IMG/VR virus record: IMGVR_UViG_3300017589_000150
Coordinates: 1-34,542 of that record
Reading direction: 5' to 3' (one strand)
DNA length: 34,542 nucleotides
Origin: a virus
Taxonomy: Duplodnaviria > Caudoviricetes
Shown here: one piece after another, positions 33,057 to 34,542 of the stretch
Layout: every line of letters starts with the position of its first letter
How positions within the stretch are numbered: position 1 is the first letter of the stretch
Translations under genes and position numbers: made by a program
Notes under the pieces: model-generated
Told to the model about the DNA's origin: nothing
The model's input: the letters and a program-made list of their open reading frames with translations, nothing else
Database searches by the model: none

Positions 33057-34394
33057 TTATTCTTTTACTAATTCTACTATGCTTTCTCTTAACACATTTT
33101 TCAAATATGGAAAACGTTGCAACTGCTGAGCCGATGTTCGGCACTTCCTGCATTCTATGATACTTTCCACTTTAAAGCCAACTTGCTCAGATAAATAAGC
33201 TAACAACAAATCAGTCGGTACTATAACACCAACATACGCAGATTGATCGATCACAATATATGTTTTTTTACCCTTTTCCAAACAGAGCCCACACTGCCTA
33301 ATTATCTCTTGCATGTCAGAAAAATATCCCTTAATCATATTTGGTACTTTTCTTGTCCTCGAGTCCTTTTTACCAGTCTTAGCTTCCTTTTCTGGAATAG
33401 CCTTATGTATTTCCTCTGCAATAATATTTATATATTTATCAGATTCTTGTTGTTCCTTTACACCTATAAATGACCTAACTGCTTGCTGTCTAAAATCGTT
33501 AATGCCTTTGATATTAGCAGCAAAATCACCAAATACAAGTTCTAATTTATATGATTCAAAATAATCAAATGAATTTGGGTATGGGGGAGAAAAAATAATC
33601 GTTCCAACCTTTAAATTTTTTGATCCTTTATACTGCTTATATATTTGATATAAGTTTGTAGCACTGTCAGCGATACATTCTCCTTTTCCGATTAGATTAC
33701 ATGATGTAGTTTCTAAATCGTTCAAAATCTCCATTGCTTTTTTAATAAAGGTGTCTCTTACATCTGAGACCTTTGTGCTCACGGTCTTTAATCCATTGCC
33801 ATCTCTTCGACGGTTAGAACAAGCCTCAATAATACACAGGAATGCTGTCATTAGAATTGACTGCGTACTTATATCATCTACACCGTCTATATAATCTTTC
33901 AAACCACATAGCACCTCGAAATTCATTGGCTTGAAATATTTTTTTATACCATCATATTTATTCCTGTTAGATATATTAACTTCAGGCAAATTTCTCACTA
34001 TGCTTTTGCATAATTGCAGCTCTCTTCGTGTGCAATGTTGCATCTTAACATTAGCTATAAACGCTGATAAAGGGTTTACGTCAATACCCAAACCGTTGTA
34101 TCCATTAAGAACAGCAACCATTGGTGTCGTCCCAGAACCACTGAAAGGATCTATTATTACTTCATTCTTAGTGGCACCAGAATCACTGATTAGCTCCTTT
34201 ATCAAGTTGCCGGAAAAGCCTTCTCGATAGCGAAACCATTGATGGAATGGTACGTTCTCGTTTTCGGAAAAATTAACTGAGTTACAATATTCAGATGACA
34301 TATCTTTAATTTCATATCGACATTCTAACTGCAGAATAAATTGTTGCAAATCCTTATTATCGTATATCTGTCTTTCTTTAAGAAGTTCTTTCAT
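33057..34394 (-). CDS. DNA methyltransferase, alpha class, probably N4-cytosine
   Basis: HQWFRYREGFS, motif I DPFSGSGTT before motif IV SPPY; likely start ATG 34394 after AAGGAG (ORF extends to 34427). Confidence 0.9.
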   Translation of the reverse strand: MKELLKERQIYDNKDLQQFILQLECRYEIKDMSSEYCNSVNFSENENVPFHQWFRYREGFSGNLIKELISDSGATKNEVIIDPFSGSGTTPMVAVLNGYNGLGIDVNPLSAFIANVKMQHCTRRELQLCKSIVRNLPEVNISNRNKYDGIKKYFKPMNFEVLCGLKDYIDGVDDISTQSILMTAFLCIIEACSNRRRDGNGLKTVSTKVSDVRDTFIKKAMEILNDLETTSCNLIGKGECIADSATNLYQIYKQYKGSKNLKVGTIIFSPPYPNSFDYFESYKLELVFGDFAANIKGINDFRQQAVRSFIGVKEQQESDKYINIIAEEIHKAIPEKEAKTGKKDSRTRKVPNMIKGYFSDMQEIIRQCGLCLEKGKKTYIVIDQSAYVGVIVPTDLLLAYLSEQVGFKVESIIECRKCRTSAQQLQRFPYLKNVLRESIVELVKE

Positions 34395-34398
34395 AGCA

Positions 34399-34542
34399 TT
34401 AATGCTCCTTAATAACCCATTTTTCATTAATGTAATTAAGCTTTTTCTTTAACAAGTTATCTACATAGTCATCAGAATATGTTTCAACCTTAAGCATTTC
34501 CTCTTTGTTGTCTATATGCTCTACAATATATGCCATAAGCAC
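34399..34542 (-). CDS. 3' end of an unidentified gene directly upstream of the MTase
   Basis: Open frame from the window edge: VLMAYIVEHIDNKEEMLKVETYSDDYVDNLLKKKLNYINEKWVIKEH*; stops 4 nt before the likely MTase start. Confidence 0.65.
   Translation of the reverse strand: MLMAYIVEHIDNKEEMLKVETYSDDYVDNLLKKKLNYINEKWVIKEH

Larger units (their letters stand above)
1..34542. mobile_element. Temperate siphovirus prophage or excised phage genome (HK97-like head, lambda-like module order), incomplete at the window edges
   Basis: Contiguous immunity, replication, packaging, head, neck, tail and lysis modules; no host housekeeping genes seen. Confidence 0.95.

Noticed and set aside
1-34542. CRISPR array, rRNA, IS element or intron
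   Set aside because: No regularly spaced repeats, rRNA-like sequence, transposase or interrupted core gene seen by eye.

Overview
Near-complete temperate siphophage/prophage with an HK97-type head and lambda-like layout, mostly on the minus strand. From right to left: an AT-rich restriction-modification-like cassette (m4C methyltransferase convergent with an Mrr-nuclease/SF2-helicase), cI/cro switch, an inverted-repeat-flanked 1.5 kb cassette, Rha-KilAC antirepressor, small early genes, SSB/initiator/DnaC replication, late regulator, an inserted HicAB, orphan MTase, second tyrosine recombinase, HNH/terminase/portal/protease/capsid, neck, tail, a six-gene lysis cassette, a Panacea-PemK-like TA pair, a tRNA-Glu-like att fragment and the 3' end of a P4-type integrase. 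Spanin-like genes plus strong AGGAGG Shine-Dalgarno sites suggest a diderm host such as Synergistota or Negativicutes (inference only). The most notable observations are: (1) a candidate -1 programmed frameshift in cro that would fuse its HTH to a CII-like helical domain; (2) a 'split Type ISP-like' nuclease-helicase-recognition protein with a stand-alone m4C MTase; (3) 28-bp inverted repeats flanking an accessory cassette; (4) hicA with an ATA start codon; (5) a frameshift-added Ig-like capsid domain paralogous to the tail-tube C-terminus; (6) a candidate non-lipoprotein outer spanin. All family calls come from motif recognition by eye; no searches were run.
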